Source of the DNA: a phage
Length of the DNA stretch: 64,000 nucleotides
Strand: one strand, 5' to 3'
Sequence record: PZ295659.1
Shown piece after piece: positions 11,679-25,858 of the stretch. Under the pieces are notes generated by a model that did not search any database, had not been told where the DNA came from, and was given only the letters and a program-made list of their open reading frames with translations. Both the position numbers and the translations under genes were made by a program. Every line of letters begins with the position of its first letter. Positions within the stretch are counted from its first letter, which is position 1.

Positions 11679-12337
11679 TGACCATACTTAATACTAAAGC
11701 GGGAGTAATATCCCGCGAAGCAGATTTTTTAGGATTTAGAAAAAATCCTACTCAAATTGATATTTTAAACAACCAAGGCGTAGGTTCTGTAACTATTTCT
11801 CAATTGGCAAAAGGATTCTACGATGATAACGTAGAATCTGCAATAAACGATGTTCATAATATTGCTAGAGCAGATGTAGGAACAGTTACAATTAACACCT
11901 CAGGTGTATCTCCTGAAGGAACTTCACAGGTAGATTATTGGTCCTTTAGTGGAAGTGTAACTGACCCTAGTTTGCCCGATGGAAGCCCTGTTATTGTAAA
12001 AGTTTACGGACTTCCTGTTAATGCTACTGTAGGTATGACAGCCGACGAATTTGTTGTACAATTACGTACTACTCTCCGGAATGCGATTTCCGACCAATTG
12101 GCCATTGCAGAGTATAAAGATGACCCTACTGTTGGGACTAAATTACAAATAACATATTTAGATAACCAAAGACACGTACTCCCAACGTATTCCGCTTATG
12201 GTATCACGGTTTCTCAAGAAATAGTGTCTCAGGCTAAGTCCGGGTACGGCACTTGGAATTTACTAGGTGCGCAAACCCTTACTCTTGACAACCATAATTC
12301 ACCTACAACCTTTTATTATTTTGTGAGAACCGCATGA
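11678..12337 (+). CDS. 11: baseplate wedge protein gp11 (short tail fibre attachment)
   Basis: 219 aa from ATG 11678 overlapping gp10 stop (track ORF uses upstream TTG at 11660). Confidence 0.88.
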   Translation: MTILNTKAGVISREADFLGFRKNPTQIDILNNQGVGSVTISQLAKGFYDDNVESAINDVHNIARADVGTVTINTSGVSPEGTSQVDYWSFSGSVTDPSLPDGSPVIVKVYGLPVNATVGMTADEFVVQLRTTLRNAISDQLAIAEYKDDPTVGTKLQITYLDNQRHVLPTYSAYGITVSQEIVSQAKSGYGTWNLLGAQTLTLDNHNSPTTFYYFVRTA

Positions 12338-13884
12338 GTAACAATACATATCAACACGTTTCGAACGAATCTGTATATGTTGAATTTGACCCTACCGGGT
12401 CAAATTTTGATAGTTCAATAACCAATGTCCAGGCGGCCTTAGCCTCAATTAGCGCATATGGTGTTAAAGGTGTTCCGGACGCAAGTGAAACAGAAAAAGG
12501 TGTAATTCAATTAGCGTCGGAACAAGAAGTTCTTGACGGTTTTAATAGTACTAAGGCCGTTACACCTGCCACATTAAATGCAAGACTTCAGTATCCGAAT
12601 GCGTCAGAAACACAATACGGCGTAACTAAATATGCAACACAAGAGGAGGCCATTGCTGGCACTTTAGACACTGTTTCTATTACTCCGCTTAAATTAAACC
12701 AAACTATTGATAACACGTTCTCTACTCGTTATTCAACAGAAACAACTAACGGTGTTATTAAAATTGCAACTCAAACCGCTGCACTTGCCGGGTCTGATGA
12801 CACCACAGCAATGACTCCGCTTAAAACGCAGCAATTAGCAATAAAATTAATTTCTCAAATAGCTCCTAATAACGACCCGGCTTCAGAATCTATTACCGGT
12901 GTTGTGCGTTTAGCTACGGTGGCTCAAACACGTCAAGGAACTCTTCGCGAAGGATATGCAATTTCCCCGTATACCTTTATGAATTCTGTTGCAACACAAG
13001 AATATAAAGGTGTTATACGTCTAGGAACACAAGCGGAAATTAATAGCAATTTGGGAGATGTTGCTGTAACAGGTGAAACGCTAAATGGTAGAGGAGCTAC
13101 CGGTTCTATGCGTGGAGTCGTAAAATTAACGACTCAGGCTGGTATTGCCCCTGAAGGCGATAGCTCTGGAGCATTAGCATGGAACGCAGATGTAATTAAT
13201 ACACGCGGTGGACAAACTATTAATGGTTCTTTAAATTTAGATCACCTCACAGCAAATGGAATTTGGTCGCGTGGCGGAATGTGGAAAAACGGTGACCAGC
13301 CAGTTGCAACAGAGAGATATGCATCTGAACGTGTTCCTGTTGGAACAATTCAAATGTTCGCAGGTGATAGCGCTCCTCCAGGCTGGGTTTTATGTCATGG
13401 TGGGACCATTTCTGGAAACCAATTTCCGGACTATCGAAATGTGGTTGGAACAAGATTTGGTGGTGATTGGAATAATCCTGGAATTCCGGATATGCGCGGT
13501 CTTTTTGTTAGAGGAGCTGGCACAGGCAGCCATATTTTAAATCAACGAGGACAAGATGGTTACGGGAAGGATAGACTTGGTGTAGGATGTGACGGAATGC
13601 ATGTTGGCGGTGTCCAAGCACAGCAAATGTCATATCATAAACACGCTGGTGGATGGGGCGAATATCAACGTCATGAGGCGCCGTTCGGAGCATCCGTATA
13701 TCAAGGTTATTTGGGTACTAGAAAATACTCTGATTGGGATAACGCATCATATTTCACAAATGACGGCTTCGAATTAGGTGGTCACCGCGACGCAACAGGC
13801 ACTCTTAACCGTGAAGGACTTATCGGATATGAGACTCGTCCATGGAATATATCTTTAAATTATATTATTAAAGTCCATTACTAA
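12334..13884 (+). CDS. 12: short tail fibre protein gp12
   Basis: 516 aa; repetitive Thr/Gly-rich fibre sequence; C-terminal HxH-containing knob region. Confidence 0.9.
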   Translation: MSNNTYQHVSNESVYVEFDPTGSNFDSSITNVQAALASISAYGVKGVPDASETEKGVIQLASEQEVLDGFNSTKAVTPATLNARLQYPNASETQYGVTKYATQEEAIAGTLDTVSITPLKLNQTIDNTFSTRYSTETTNGVIKIATQTAALAGSDDTTAMTPLKTQQLAIKLISQIAPNNDPASESITGVVRLATVAQTRQGTLREGYAISPYTFMNSVATQEYKGVIRLGTQAEINSNLGDVAVTGETLNGRGATGSMRGVVKLTTQAGIAPEGDSSGALAWNADVINTRGGQTINGSLNLDHLTANGIWSRGGMWKNGDQPVATERYASERVPVGTIQMFAGDSAPPGWVLCHGGTISGNQFPDYRNVVGTRFGGDWNNPGIPDMRGLFVRGAGTGSHILNQRGQDGYGKDRLGVGCDGMHVGGVQAQQMSYHKHAGGWGEYQRHEAPFGASVYQGYLGTRKYSDWDNASYFTNDGFELGGHRDATGTLNREGLIGYETRPWNISLNYIIKVHY

Positions 13885-13893
13885 GGGTAAAAA

Positions 13894-15336
13894 ATGATCG
13901 AATTAAAAAGTCTACCATACGTTGATGGCCCTCCTGATGAGGGTCAAAAACGTTTAAACTGGATTAAAAATTCAGAAGAAATAACTGGCGCTGATACGTT
14001 ATACGGTTCTGAAGGAGTAATGAACCGTCCAATAACAGAAGTTCAACGAAATGTAGAAACAATTAACGATAACGTTAAGACTATCGCAGAATCTTTAGAT
14101 ACCGCTAATGCTGATATTGTCACAATTAAAAGTATCTTGGATGTTTCTGGTGACGTAGATGCTTTAGCACAAATTGGACATAACACTGATGATATTGAAG
14201 TATTAAAACACACGGTAAATTCACACGGTGTTGATATTTTAAACACTGAAGAAAAACTAGATGATACTATTGCTAATATCGGAGTAGTTAATCCAGAAAC
14301 AGATTCGGTGTATCGTACGGTGCGTAACGACCTTCTTTGGATTAAAACCGAATTAGGGCAATATACTGGACAAGATATTAATGGTGTCCCAACCGAAGGT
14401 AATGAAAGCACCGGGATGAAACGACGTATTATTACTAACAGTTCAGTGTTGGTTGACCAAGGCGTTCGTTTAACCGAGTTAGAAAATAAATTTGCCGATT
14501 CTGATGTTGGGGCTCTGACAACCGAAGTTGAAAACCTCCGTCAAGAAATAGGTCCTAGACCATCGTTAACAGTACCGGTTTACACTCGTTTATCCGGTAT
14601 TGATTCATCCATTTCTATCCAAACTAGAGATATTGCGGCATTAAAAGATTTTGTTGGATATCCTAATTCAACCGCTATTAAAACTCAAGTCGAGGCCAAT
14701 CGTCTTTCTATATCAACAATAAATTCAGACATTAACTCGCCTGGTGGTATTAAACCACGTTTGACAACGTTAGAAACTACTATAGGCTCTCCAGATTTAC
14801 CGACTACTCTTCAGGGTAAGATCAAATTAAATACCGATTCCATTTCAGGTATTAACACAGTTTTAGGTGTTGATTCTTCTAGTGGTTTACGTTTTAATGT
14901 AGCATGGCTTAATCAGGTGGTTGGCGTTGATTCAAATGGTGGACAACCTGAACCGGCTGGTTCACTTTTATATAGGACCCGTATTCTTGAAACTGATGTT
15001 ACTGACCTAGGCAATAACATTCAAAACGTTCAAACCGAATTGGGAACTAATTCGTCCGGTATTAAAGGACAAGTGACTAGTTTAAATAAACTTATAAGCG
15101 GCACCAACCCAAACGGTCAAACCATAGAAGAACGTGGTATATTGCCAACAGTTAAAAACCATGATACGACAATTAATGGTTTAACTTCTAGAATTGCTAC
15201 TCTTGAAACTGATTTGGCCGCCGCAGAAGCAGAAATTCAGGTCCTTAAAGAGGCTGGATATATTGAAGATGCTCCTTCAGACGGTAAATTCTATGTTCGT
15301 AAAGACGGTGCATGGGTTGAACTTCCTACAGCTTAA
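13894..15336 (+). CDS. wac: fibritin (whisker) Wac
   Basis: 480 aa coiled-coil-rich protein ending in foldon-like GYIEDAPSDGKFYVRKDGAWVELPTA. Confidence 0.92.
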   Translation: MIELKSLPYVDGPPDEGQKRLNWIKNSEEITGADTLYGSEGVMNRPITEVQRNVETINDNVKTIAESLDTANADIVTIKSILDVSGDVDALAQIGHNTDDIEVLKHTVNSHGVDILNTEEKLDDTIANIGVVNPETDSVYRTVRNDLLWIKTELGQYTGQDINGVPTEGNESTGMKRRIITNSSVLVDQGVRLTELENKFADSDVGALTTEVENLRQEIGPRPSLTVPVYTRLSGIDSSISIQTRDIAALKDFVGYPNSTAIKTQVEANRLSISTINSDINSPGGIKPRLTTLETTIGSPDLPTTLQGKIKLNTDSISGINTVLGVDSSSGLRFNVAWLNQVVGVDSNGGQPEPAGSLLYRTRILETDVTDLGNNIQNVQTELGTNSSGIKGQVTSLNKLISGTNPNGQTIEERGILPTVKNHDTTINGLTSRIATLETDLAAAEAEIQVLKEAGYIEDAPSDGKFYVRKDGAWVELPTA

Positions 15337-15342
15337 TGAAAA

Positions 15343-15356
15343 GGGCCTTCGGGCCC
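15343..15356 (+). terminator. UUCG-tetraloop hairpin after wac
   Basis: GGGCC-UUCG-GGCCC. Confidence 0.6.
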
Positions 15357-15368
15357 TAAAGGATTTAT

Positions 15369-16295
15369 ATGTCAGGTTATAATGCACAAAACCCTAAAGA
15401 ATTAAAGGACGTAATATTACGTCGTTTAGGCGCTCCTATTGTAAATGTTGAATTAACTACAGATCAAATTTATGATTGTATTTCACGAGCGTTAGAACTT
15501 TATGGCGAATATCATTTTGATGGATTGAATAAAGGTTTCCATGTATTTTTTGTTGATGACGAAGAAAAATACCGTCACGGCGTATTTGATATGCGTGGTT
15601 CTAACGTATTTGCTGTAACAAGAATTATAAGAACAAACGTTGGCTCTATTACTTCAATGGATGGTAATGCAACTTATCCATGGTTCACTGATTTCCTTTT
15701 AGGAATGGCCGGTGTTTCAGGTGGTATGGGTAGTAATTGTGGTAAATTCTATGGACCGAACGCTTTTGGCGCTGATCTCGGGTATTATTCTCAATTAGTA
15801 TCTTATATGGGTATGCTTCAAGATATGATTGCTCCTCTTCCAGATTTTTGGTTTAACTCTGCGAACGAGCAATTAAAAGTAATGGGTAACTTTAGACAGA
15901 AAGACGTCATTATCGTTGAATCGTATGTTCGCTCTTATATCGAGACCCATAAGATGGTAGGAAATACAGTAGGGTACGGTCAAGTAGGTCCTCGCGATTC
16001 ATGGTCTATTTCTGAACGTTATGATAACCCGGACCATAATTTGGTCGGACGTCGAGTTGGTGAAGATCCTGCAACTAAACAAGGCGCATATAACAACCGC
16101 TGGGTTAAAGATTATGCAACTGCATTAGCTAAAGAGCTTAATGGACAAATTCTTGCTAAACATCAAGGTATGATGTTACCGGGCGGCGTCACTGTCGATG
16201 GCGTTCGATTAATCGAAGAAGCTCGATTAGAGAAAGAAGCTTTACGAGAAGAGTTATATTTACTAGACCCTCCTGCAGGTATTTTGGTAGGTTAA
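15369..16295 (+). CDS. 13: neck protein gp13
   Basis: 308 aa, gene order. Confidence 0.88.
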   Translation: MSGYNAQNPKELKDVILRRLGAPIVNVELTTDQIYDCISRALELYGEYHFDGLNKGFHVFFVDDEEKYRHGVFDMRGSNVFAVTRIIRTNVGSITSMDGNATYPWFTDFLLGMAGVSGGMGSNCGKFYGPNAFGADLGYYSQLVSYMGMLQDMIAPLPDFWFNSANEQLKVMGNFRQKDVIIVESYVRSYIETHKMVGNTVGYGQVGPRDSWSISERYDNPDHNLVGRRVGEDPATKQGAYNNRWVKDYATALAKELNGQILAKHQGMMLPGGVTVDGVRLIEEARLEKEALREELYLLDPPAGILVG

Positions 16296-16296
16296 T

Positions 16297-17061
16297 ATGG
16301 CAACTTATGATAAAAATCTTTTCGCCAAACTAGAAAATCGCGGTGGGTATTCTCAGACAAATGAGACCGAAATCCTCAATCCATTTGTCAATTTTAATAA
16401 CTATGAGAATAGTCAGACATTAGCCGATGTTCTAGTGGCAGAAAGCATACAGATGCGCGGTATTGAATGTTTTTATGTTCCACGTGAATATGTTGCCGTG
16501 GACCTTATCTTTGGTGAGGACCTTAAAAATAAATTTACTAAAGCATGGAAATTTGCTGCATATCTGAACTCATTTGAAGGTTATGAAGGAGCGAAATCGT
16601 TCTTCAGCAACTTCGGAATGCAAGTTCAAGACGAAGTTACATTATCTATTAACCCAGGTCTTTTCAAACACCAGGTCAACAATCAGGAGCCTAAGGAAGG
16701 TGATTTAATATACTTCCCAATGGATAACAGTTTGTTTGAGATTAACTGGGTTGAACCATATGACCCATTCTATCAAGTAGGTAAAAATGCGATTCGTAAA
16801 ATTACTGCAGGCAAGTTTATTTACTCTGGCGAAGAAATCAATCCGGTGCTTCAGAAAAATGAAGGTATCAATATACCTGAATTTAGTGACTTGGAACTTA
16901 ACCCTGTTAGAAATCTTGACGGTATCCATGACATTAATATCGTTGAATATTCTGAAGTTGAGCAAATCAATTCAGAGGCAAGTGAATATGTTGAGCCGTA
17001 TGTAGTAGTTAACAACCGTGGTAGACAAAATTCACCATTTGACGATGGGTTTATGAATTAA
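16297..17061 (+). CDS. 14: neck protein gp14
   Basis: 254 aa, gene order. Confidence 0.88.
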   Translation: MATYDKNLFAKLENRGGYSQTNETEILNPFVNFNNYENSQTLADVLVAESIQMRGIECFYVPREYVAVDLIFGEDLKNKFTKAWKFAAYLNSFEGYEGAKSFFSNFGMQVQDEVTLSINPGLFKHQVNNQEPKEGDLIYFPMDNSLFEINWVEPYDPFYQVGKNAIRKITAGKFIYSGEEINPVLQKNEGINIPEFSDLELNPVRNLDGIHDINIVEYSEVEQINSEASEYVEPYVVVNNRGRQNSPFDDGFMN

Positions 17062-17084
17062 TAAATAGATAAGATAAAGCAAAC

Positions 17085-17102
17085 ACCGGTCGAAAGGCCG
17101 GT
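17085..17102 (+). promoter_or_regulatory. GNRA-tetraloop hairpin (GAAA) directly upstream of gene 15 RBS
   Basis: ACCGGUC-GAAA-GGCCGGU. Confidence 0.5.
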
Positions 17103-17110
17103 TAGGAGAA

Positions 17111-17935
17111 ATGATGTTTGGTTATTTTTACAACTCGTCGTTCAGGCGATATATCACAATGATGGGCGATTTGTTTTCAAATATCCAAGTTAACCGTCAA
17201 TTGTCTACAGGCAATAAATTAATTAGAGTTCCTATTACGTACGCATCTAAAGAGCACTTTATGATGAAACTTAATAAATGGACCTCTATAAACTCACAAG
17301 AAGATGTGGCTAAAGTCGAAACTATTCTACCACGTATAAATCTCCAAATGGTAGATTTCGTTTATAACCCAACGTTTAAAACGAATATATTGAATAACTC
17401 TCTTTTGAGTAAATCGACTAAGGATATTGTAGACCAATACAACCCATCACCAATTAAAATGATTTTTGAACTGAGCATCTTTACTCGTTATGAAGATGAT
17501 ATGTTCCAAATCGTTGAGCAAATTATTCCATATTTTCAGCCGCATTTTAATACGACTATGATTGAGCAATATGGGCAGGATATTCCATTTGAAAGGGATA
17601 TTAAAGTCGTATGGATGTCAGCAGCAATGGATGAACAAATAGACGGTGATAATTTATCCCGTCGACGTTTAGAGTGGTCATTAACATTTGAAGTAAATGG
17701 ATGGATGTATCCTCCGGTAGGCGCAGCTGAAGGCCTTATTAAAACGACTTATCTTGATTTTCATGCTAATGAACGAGACCTTCAAACAGCCGCCAGCGTT
17801 TTTGAATCAGTTGATACAGAAATTAAACCGAGAGACGTTGAAGCACAAGATTGGAATGGCGAAGTTGAACAAACTTATACTCATGATATTCCAATCCCGA
17901 CTCCACCAACCCCTCCTGGTCCTAGAAAACAATAA
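17111..17935 (+). CDS. 15: tail sheath stabiliser / tail terminator gp15
   Basis: 274 aa; AGGAG RBS after GNRA hairpin. Confidence 0.88.
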   Translation: MMFGYFYNSSFRRYITMMGDLFSNIQVNRQLSTGNKLIRVPITYASKEHFMMKLNKWTSINSQEDVAKVETILPRINLQMVDFVYNPTFKTNILNNSLLSKSTKDIVDQYNPSPIKMIFELSIFTRYEDDMFQIVEQIIPYFQPHFNTTMIEQYGQDIPFERDIKVVWMSAAMDEQIDGDNLSRRRLEWSLTFEVNGWMYPPVGAAEGLIKTTYLDFHANERDLQTAASVFESVDTEIKPRDVEAQDWNGEVEQTYTHDIPIPTPPTPPGPRKQ

Positions 17936-20261
<2,326 letters not shown>

Positions 20262-20288
20262 AAATAAAGCAAATTAAGAGGAATTAAA

Positions 20289-22271
20289 ATGGCACTTCTC
20301 TCTCCGGGCGTTGAGCTCAAAGAAACTACCGTACAGAGTACTGTAGTTAATAACTCCACTGGTACTGCTGCCCTGGCTGGAAAATTCCAATGGGGACCGG
20401 CATTCCAGATTAAACAAATCACTGATGAAGTTGCATTAGTTGATATGTTTGGTACTCCTAATACGGATACGGCAGATTATTTCATGTCTGCTATGAACTT
20501 CCTTCAATATGGTAATGACCTTCGTGTTGTACGCGCAGTTGATCGTGCTACTGCTAAGAACTCATCTCCTGTAGCAGGCAATATTGAATTCACAATCTCT
20601 GCTGCTGGTAGTAACTATGCAGTTGGTGATAAAATTATCGTTAAGTATTTGACCGAAACTGTTGAAGCAGATGGTTATGTCACTTCAGTTGATGTCGATG
20701 GTAAAATTCTTAACATTTATATCCCAACCGGTAAAATTATTGCTCGTGCAAAAGAAATTAATGAATATCCGGCATTGGGTTCTAACTGGACCGCCGAAGT
20801 TGCCAGTTCTTCTTCTGGGCTTTCCGGCGTTATTACAATTGGTTCTATCGTAACCGATTCGGGTATTCTGTTAACTGAAGTTGAAACTTCTGAAGAAGCT
20901 ATTACTTCTCTAACTTTCCAAGAATCTATTAAAAAATATGGTGTCCCAGGCGTAGTTGCTCTTTATCCTGGTGAACTTGGCGACCAGCTTGAAATTGAAA
21001 TCGTATCTAAAGCGGACTATGACAAAGGTGCTTCAGCCCAGTTAAAAATTTATCCTGATGGTGGTACTCGTGCATCTACTGCTAAAGCAGTGTTTGGATA
21101 TGGCCCACAAACTGATGACCAATATGCAATTATCGTTCGTCGTAACGATGCTGTAGTTCAGAGCGTAATTCTTTCTACTAAACGTGGTGAACGCGATATT
21201 TATGGTAGTAATATCTTTATTGATGATTTCTTTGCTAAAGGCGCAAGCAATTATATTTTCGCTACTGCACAAGGTTGGCCAAAAGGTTTCTCTGGCGTAA
21301 TCAAACTGAATGGTGGCTTATCATCTAATGAAACGGTTGACGCTGGTGATTTAATGGAAGCTTGGGATTTGTTTGCTGACCGTGAATCTGTTAATGCGCA
21401 GTTGTTTATTGCCGGTTCTTGTGCAGGTGAATCTTTAGAAGTTGCTTCTACAGTTCAGAAACATGTTGTAGCAATTGGTGATTCTCGCCAAGATTGTTTG
21501 GTTCTTTGCTCACCGCCACGTGCAACTATAGTCGGTATTCCTGTTAATCGTGCAGTTGATAATCTGGTTGATTGGCGTACAGCGTCAGGAACTTACACTG
21601 ATAATAACTTTAATATAAGTTCTACTTATGCCGCTATTGATGGTAACTATAAATATCAATATGACAAATATAATGACGTGAATCGTTGGGTTCCATTAGC
21701 TGCTGATATCGCCGGTCTTTGTGCTCGCACAGACAATATTTCTCAGCCTTGGATGTCTCCTGCCGGTTATAACCGTGGACAAATTCTTAACGTTATTAAG
21801 CTTGCAATTGAAACTCGCCAACCACAACGTGATCGTTTGTATCAGGAAGCTATTAACCCTGTTACTGGTACCGGTGGTGATGGGTATGTTCTGTACGGTG
21901 ATAAAACTGCCACTTCTGTTCCTTCACCGTTTGACCGTATTAACGTTCGTCGTTTGTTCAATATGGTTAAAACGAACATTGGTTCAGCATCTAAATATCG
22001 CCTGTTTGAATTGAACAACGCATTTACCCGTTCTTCTTTCCGTACAGAGACTTCTCAATATCTACAGGGTATTAAAGCTCTTGGTGGTGTATATAACTTT
22101 AAAGTTGTTTGTGATACTACCAATAACACCCCAGCAGTTATCGACCGTAATGAATTTGTAGCTACTTTCTACTTACAACCTGCCCGCTCGATAAATTATA
22201 TTACGTTGAACTTTGTAGCAACAGCAACTGGTGCCGATTTCGACGAACTAATTGGTACTGTAAGTGGCTAA
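20289..22271 (+). CDS. 18: contractile tail sheath protein gp18
   Basis: 660 aa; late promoter TATAAATA at 20254. Confidence 0.95.
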   Translation: MALLSPGVELKETTVQSTVVNNSTGTAALAGKFQWGPAFQIKQITDEVALVDMFGTPNTDTADYFMSAMNFLQYGNDLRVVRAVDRATAKNSSPVAGNIEFTISAAGSNYAVGDKIIVKYLTETVEADGYVTSVDVDGKILNIYIPTGKIIARAKEINEYPALGSNWTAEVASSSSGLSGVITIGSIVTDSGILLTEVETSEEAITSLTFQESIKKYGVPGVVALYPGELGDQLEIEIVSKADYDKGASAQLKIYPDGGTRASTAKAVFGYGPQTDDQYAIIVRRNDAVVQSVILSTKRGERDIYGSNIFIDDFFAKGASNYIFATAQGWPKGFSGVIKLNGGLSSNETVDAGDLMEAWDLFADRESVNAQLFIAGSCAGESLEVASTVQKHVVAIGDSRQDCLVLCSPPRATIVGIPVNRAVDNLVDWRTASGTYTDNNFNISSTYAAIDGNYKYQYDKYNDVNRWVPLAADIAGLCARTDNISQPWMSPAGYNRGQILNVIKLAIETRQPQRDRLYQEAINPVTGTGGDGYVLYGDKTATSVPSPFDRINVRRLFNMVKTNIGSASKYRLFELNNAFTRSSFRTETSQYLQGIKALGGVYNFKVVCDTTNNTPAVIDRNEFVATFYLQPARSINYITLNFVATATGADFDELIGTVSG

Positions 22272-22282
22272 TAAGACGCCTG

Positions 22283-22304
22283 ATGGGCTATTTCGGTAGC
22301 CCAT
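22283..22304 (+). terminator. hairpin after gene 18 overlapping the gene 19 late promoter
   Basis: ATGGGCUA...UAGCCCAU. Confidence 0.55.
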
Positions 22305-22320
22305 ATAAATATAACTATAT
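22304..22320 (+). promoter_or_regulatory. extended late promoter TATAAATATAACTATAT (gene 19)
   Basis: motif; extended sequence repeated at 22925 and 33475. Confidence 0.7.
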
Positions 22321-22384
22321 CGTTTAAAAATTAATTCTATGGGCATCTGGTTAATCCTAAGCCCATATTACTACAGAGGCTAAT

Positions 22385-22876
22385 ATGTTTGTAGATGACG
22401 TAACTCGTGCCTTCGAATCAGGTGATTTCGCTCGCCCTAACCTGTTTGAAGTAGAAATCTCTTATCTTGGGCAAAACTTTAGCTTCCAGTGTCGTGCTAC
22501 GGCTCTTCCTGCTGCGATCGTTGAAAAGGTTCCTGTTTCTTATATGAACCGTAAAATTAACGTGGCTGGTGATCGTACATTCGATGATTGGACTATTACA
22601 GTAATGAACGATGATGCTCATAGCATTCGTCAGAAATTTGTTGATTGGCAAGGTATTGCAGCAGGACAAGGTAATGAAATTACTGGTGGTAAACCTGCTG
22701 AATATAAAAAGTCTGCTATCGTTCGTCAATTTGCTCGTGATGCTAAAACTGTCACTAAAGAAGTTGAAATTGTTGGCTTATGGCCTACTAACGTTGGTGA
22801 AGTATCTCTTGACTGGGACAGCAATAACGAGATTGAAACGTTCGAAGTAACTCTTGCTCTTGATTGGTGGGAATAA
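22385..22876 (+). CDS. 19: tail tube protein gp19
   Basis: 163 aa, same as T4. Confidence 0.93.
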   Translation: MFVDDVTRAFESGDFARPNLFEVEISYLGQNFSFQCRATALPAAIVEKVPVSYMNRKINVAGDRTFDDWTITVMNDDAHSIRQKFVDWQGIAAGQGNEITGGKPAEYKKSAIVRQFARDAKTVTKEVEIVGLWPTNVGEVSLDWDSNNEIETFEVTLALDWWE

Positions 22877-22883
22877 TCTGGTT

Positions 22884-22897
22884 GGGGAGAAATCCCC
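22884..22897 (+). terminator. GNRA hairpin GGGGA-GAAA-UCCCC after gene 19
   Basis: stem-loop. Confidence 0.5.
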
Positions 22898-22924
22898 AGC
22901 TTCCCGTGATGACGGAGAAGTCCA

Positions 22925-22941
22925 TATAAATATAACTATAA
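22925..22941 (+). promoter_or_regulatory. extended late promoter TATAAATATAACTATAA (gene 20)
   Basis: motif. Confidence 0.7.
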
Positions 22942-22960
22942 TTCCCATTCGGAGAATACA

Positions 22961-24532
22961 ATGAAATTTAATATCTTAAGTTTGTTTGCTCCATGGGCAA
23001 AAATGGACGAACGTGATTACAAAGACCAAGAAAAAGAAAATTTAGAATCTATCACCACACCAAAATTAGACGACGGCGCTAAAGAATACGAAGTATCTGA
23101 AAATGAAGCACAGCAAACATATAATGCTATGTTTCAGAGAATGTTCGGTAGCCAAGAACCAGGGCTCAAATCAACCCGTGAATTAATCGATACGTATCGA
23201 AATTTGATGACGAATTATGAAGTGGATAATGCAGTCTCTGAAATAGTTTCTGATGCTATCGTATATGAAGATGATACAGAAGTCGTTTCTATAAATTTAG
23301 ACAACACAAAATTTAGTCCAAATATCAAATCAATGATGTTGGATGAATTTAACGAAGTGTTAAATCATTTATCTTTCCAACGTAAAGGTTCAGATCATTT
23401 TAGACGTTGGTATGTGGATTCTCGAATTTTCTTCCATAAAATTATTGACCCTAAACGCCCTAAAGAAGGTATTAAAGAGCTTCGTCGTTTAGACCCACGT
23501 CAAGTTCAATATGTCCGTGAAGTTATTACAACCACTGAAGCCGGTGTTAAAATAGTCAAGGGTTATAAAGAATATTTCATTTATGACACATCACACGAAT
23601 CTTATGCTTGTGATGGTCGCATATATGAAGCTGGCACAAAAATAAAAATCCCTAAAGCCGCGATTGTTTATGCCCATTCTGGTTTAGTTGATTGTTGTGG
23701 TAAAAATATCATTGGTTATTTGCATCGGGCTATTAAGCCGGCGAACCAATTAAAACTTCTTGAAGATGCCGTCGTAATTTATCGTATTACTCGTGCTCCT
23801 GATCGTCGTGTATGGTATGTTGATACAGGTAATATGCCTTCAAGAAAAGCAGCAGAACATATGCAACATGTTATGAATACGATGAAAAACCGTATTGCAT
23901 ATGATGCTACTACAGGCAAGATTAAAAACCAGCAGCATATTATGTCGATGACCGAAGATTATTGGTTACAACGACGTGATGGTAAAGCGGTAACAGAAGT
24001 TGACACATTACCAGGTGCAGATAATACTGGAAATATGGAAGATGTACGTTGGTTCCGTAATGCGCTTTATATGGCTTTACGTATTCCTATTACCCGTATT
24101 CCAAGTGACCAAGGTGGTATACAGTTTGATGCTGGTACTTCTATTACACGAGATGAATTGACATTTGGTAAATTTATTCGTGAGCTGCAACATAAATTTG
24201 AAGAGATATTCCTAGACCCGCTTAAAACTAATTTAATTCTTAAAGGAATTATTACAGAAGATGAGTGGAATGATGAAATAAATAATATTAAGATAAAATT
24301 TCATCGGGATAGTTATTTCTCGGAATTAAAGGATGCTGAGATTCTGGAGCGTCGCATTAATATGCTTCAGATGGCCGAACCATTTATTGGTAAATATATT
24401 TCTCACAGAACAGCTATGAAAGATATTCTTCAGATGTCTGACGAGGAAATTGAACAAGAGGCTAAGCAAATTGAAGAAGAGTCGAAAGAGGCTCGTTTCC
24501 AAGACCCCGACCAAGAACAAGAGGATTTTTAA
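22961..24532 (+). CDS. 20: portal vertex protein gp20
   Basis: 523 aa; late promoter upstream. Confidence 0.95.
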   Translation: MKFNILSLFAPWAKMDERDYKDQEKENLESITTPKLDDGAKEYEVSENEAQQTYNAMFQRMFGSQEPGLKSTRELIDTYRNLMTNYEVDNAVSEIVSDAIVYEDDTEVVSINLDNTKFSPNIKSMMLDEFNEVLNHLSFQRKGSDHFRRWYVDSRIFFHKIIDPKRPKEGIKELRRLDPRQVQYVREVITTTEAGVKIVKGYKEYFIYDTSHESYACDGRIYEAGTKIKIPKAAIVYAHSGLVDCCGKNIIGYLHRAIKPANQLKLLEDAVVIYRITRAPDRRVWYVDTGNMPSRKAAEHMQHVMNTMKNRIAYDATTGKIKNQQHIMSMTEDYWLQRRDGKAVTEVDTLPGADNTGNMEDVRWFRNALYMALRIPITRIPSDQGGIQFDAGTSITRDELTFGKFIRELQHKFEEIFLDPLKTNLILKGIITEDEWNDEINNIKIKFHRDSYFSELKDAEILERRINMLQMAEPFIGKYISHRTAMKDILQMSDEEIEQEAKQIEEESKEARFQDPDQEQEDF

Positions 24533-24759
24533 TGGACGATTTAATTCAAGCTATTAAATCAAACGACCTCGTTGCTACTCGAAAGTTTTTTGAAAGTGCA
24601 ATGGCAGAAAAAACGGTTCGTTTGATTGAAGCACGCAAAGCAGAAATCGCTTCTCAATTTTTGATTGAAGGCGAAGAACCTGAAGAAGAGAAAGATTCGG
24701 AAGACGACGCTGATGAAGGCGATGACGACGAAGACGAAGATGATGAGGACGATGAATAA
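24532..24759 (+). CDS. 67: prohead core protein gp67 (acidic C-terminal tail)
   Basis: 75 aa; TAATG coupling; polyacidic C-terminus. Confidence 0.8.
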   Translation: MDDLIQAIKSNDLVATRKFFESAMAEKTVRLIEARKAEIASQFLIEGEEPEEEKDSEDDADEGDDDEDEDDEDDE

Positions 24760-25184
24760 TGTATCTTATCCCTGAATCTTATGAATTGGTACTCGAAAAT
24801 GTCGAAGCACTTATTCCTGAAGCACAGGGCCGAATCGATGCATTGTCTTCTGCTCTCGATATTGACGATATAAATACTATTATCGAGAACATGCTTGAAA
24901 CTGAAACGGATTTAGCTGTTGCAATGGCTTCCATTATTAATGAAGAACAGTTAAATGAGTTTATCGTTAAACATGTTTCTTCTCGTGGTGAAGTCACTCG
25001 CACTAAAGACCGTAAAACTCGTGAACGTAACGCGTTCCAAACAACTGGTCTTTCTAAAGCAAAACGTAGACAAATCGCTCGTAAGGTCGTTAAAGCTAAA
25101 AAAGCTAACCCTTCAGGCCAAGTTAAAGGCTTGCGTAAGCGTAAAAAAGCTCTTAAACGTCGTAAAGCATTAGGATTAAGCTAA
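24759..25184 (+). CDS. 68: prohead core protein gp68
   Basis: 141 aa; basic C-terminus. Confidence 0.8.
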   Translation: MYLIPESYELVLENVEALIPEAQGRIDALSSALDIDDINTIIENMLETETDLAVAMASIINEEQLNEFIVKHVSSRGEVTRTKDRKTRERNAFQTTGLSKAKRRQIARKVVKAKKANPSGQVKGLRKRKKALKRRKALGLS

Positions 25185-25825
25185 TGAATAAACCCGAGTT
25201 ACTTATTGAAACTTGGGGTCAACCCGGTGAGATTATTGATGGCGTTCCAATGTTGGAATCTCATGATGGAAAAGATTCTGGCTTAAAACCAGGGCTTTAT
25301 ATAGAAGGTATTTTTCTTCAGGCAGAGGTTGTTAACCGAAATAAACGTTTATATCCTAAACGCGTTTTGGAAAAAGCAGTAAGTGACTATATTAAAGAAC
25401 AAGTCGAAACCAAACAAGCCCTTGGAGAATTAAACCATCCACCTCGTGCAAATGTTGACCCCATGCAAGCCGCTATCATTATTGAAGATATGTGGTGGAA
25501 AGGAAACGATGTATATGGACGTGCTAGAATTATTGAAGGCGACCATGGTCCCGGTGATAAATTAGCTGCTAATATACGAGCTGGTTGGATTCCAGGTGTT
25601 TCCTCTCGTGGTCTTGGTTCTTTAACCGACACCAATAAAGGGTACCGTATCGTGAACGAAGGATTTAAATTAACCGTCGGCGTAGATGCCGTATGGGGAC
25701 CTTCTGCTCCAGATGCTTGGGTTACTCCTAAACAAATATCAGAATCAGAAAATTCGGTGGAAATCACCAAAAACAGTGCTGACGAAGCATTTAAAGCTCT
25801 CGCAGAGAGTTTAAAAGCATTATAA
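25184..25825 (+). CDS. 21: prohead core protease gp21
   Basis: 213 aa; gene order. Confidence 0.92.
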   Translation: MNKPELLIETWGQPGEIIDGVPMLESHDGKDSGLKPGLYIEGIFLQAEVVNRNKRLYPKRVLEKAVSDYIKEQVETKQALGELNHPPRANVDPMQAAIIIEDMWWKGNDVYGRARIIEGDHGPGDKLAANIRAGWIPGVSSRGLGSLTDTNKGYRIVNEGFKLTVGVDAVWGPSAPDAWVTPKQISESENSVEITKNSADEAFKALAESLKAL

Positions 25826-25858
25826 ATAATAATGTAATCTAAACCACAGGACACTAAA

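Noticed and set aside
15194-15382. 62-aa plus-strand ORF spanning the wac 3' end and terminator
   Set aside because: Out-of-frame overlap with the wac C-terminal foldon region and running through the terminator hairpin; no RBS.
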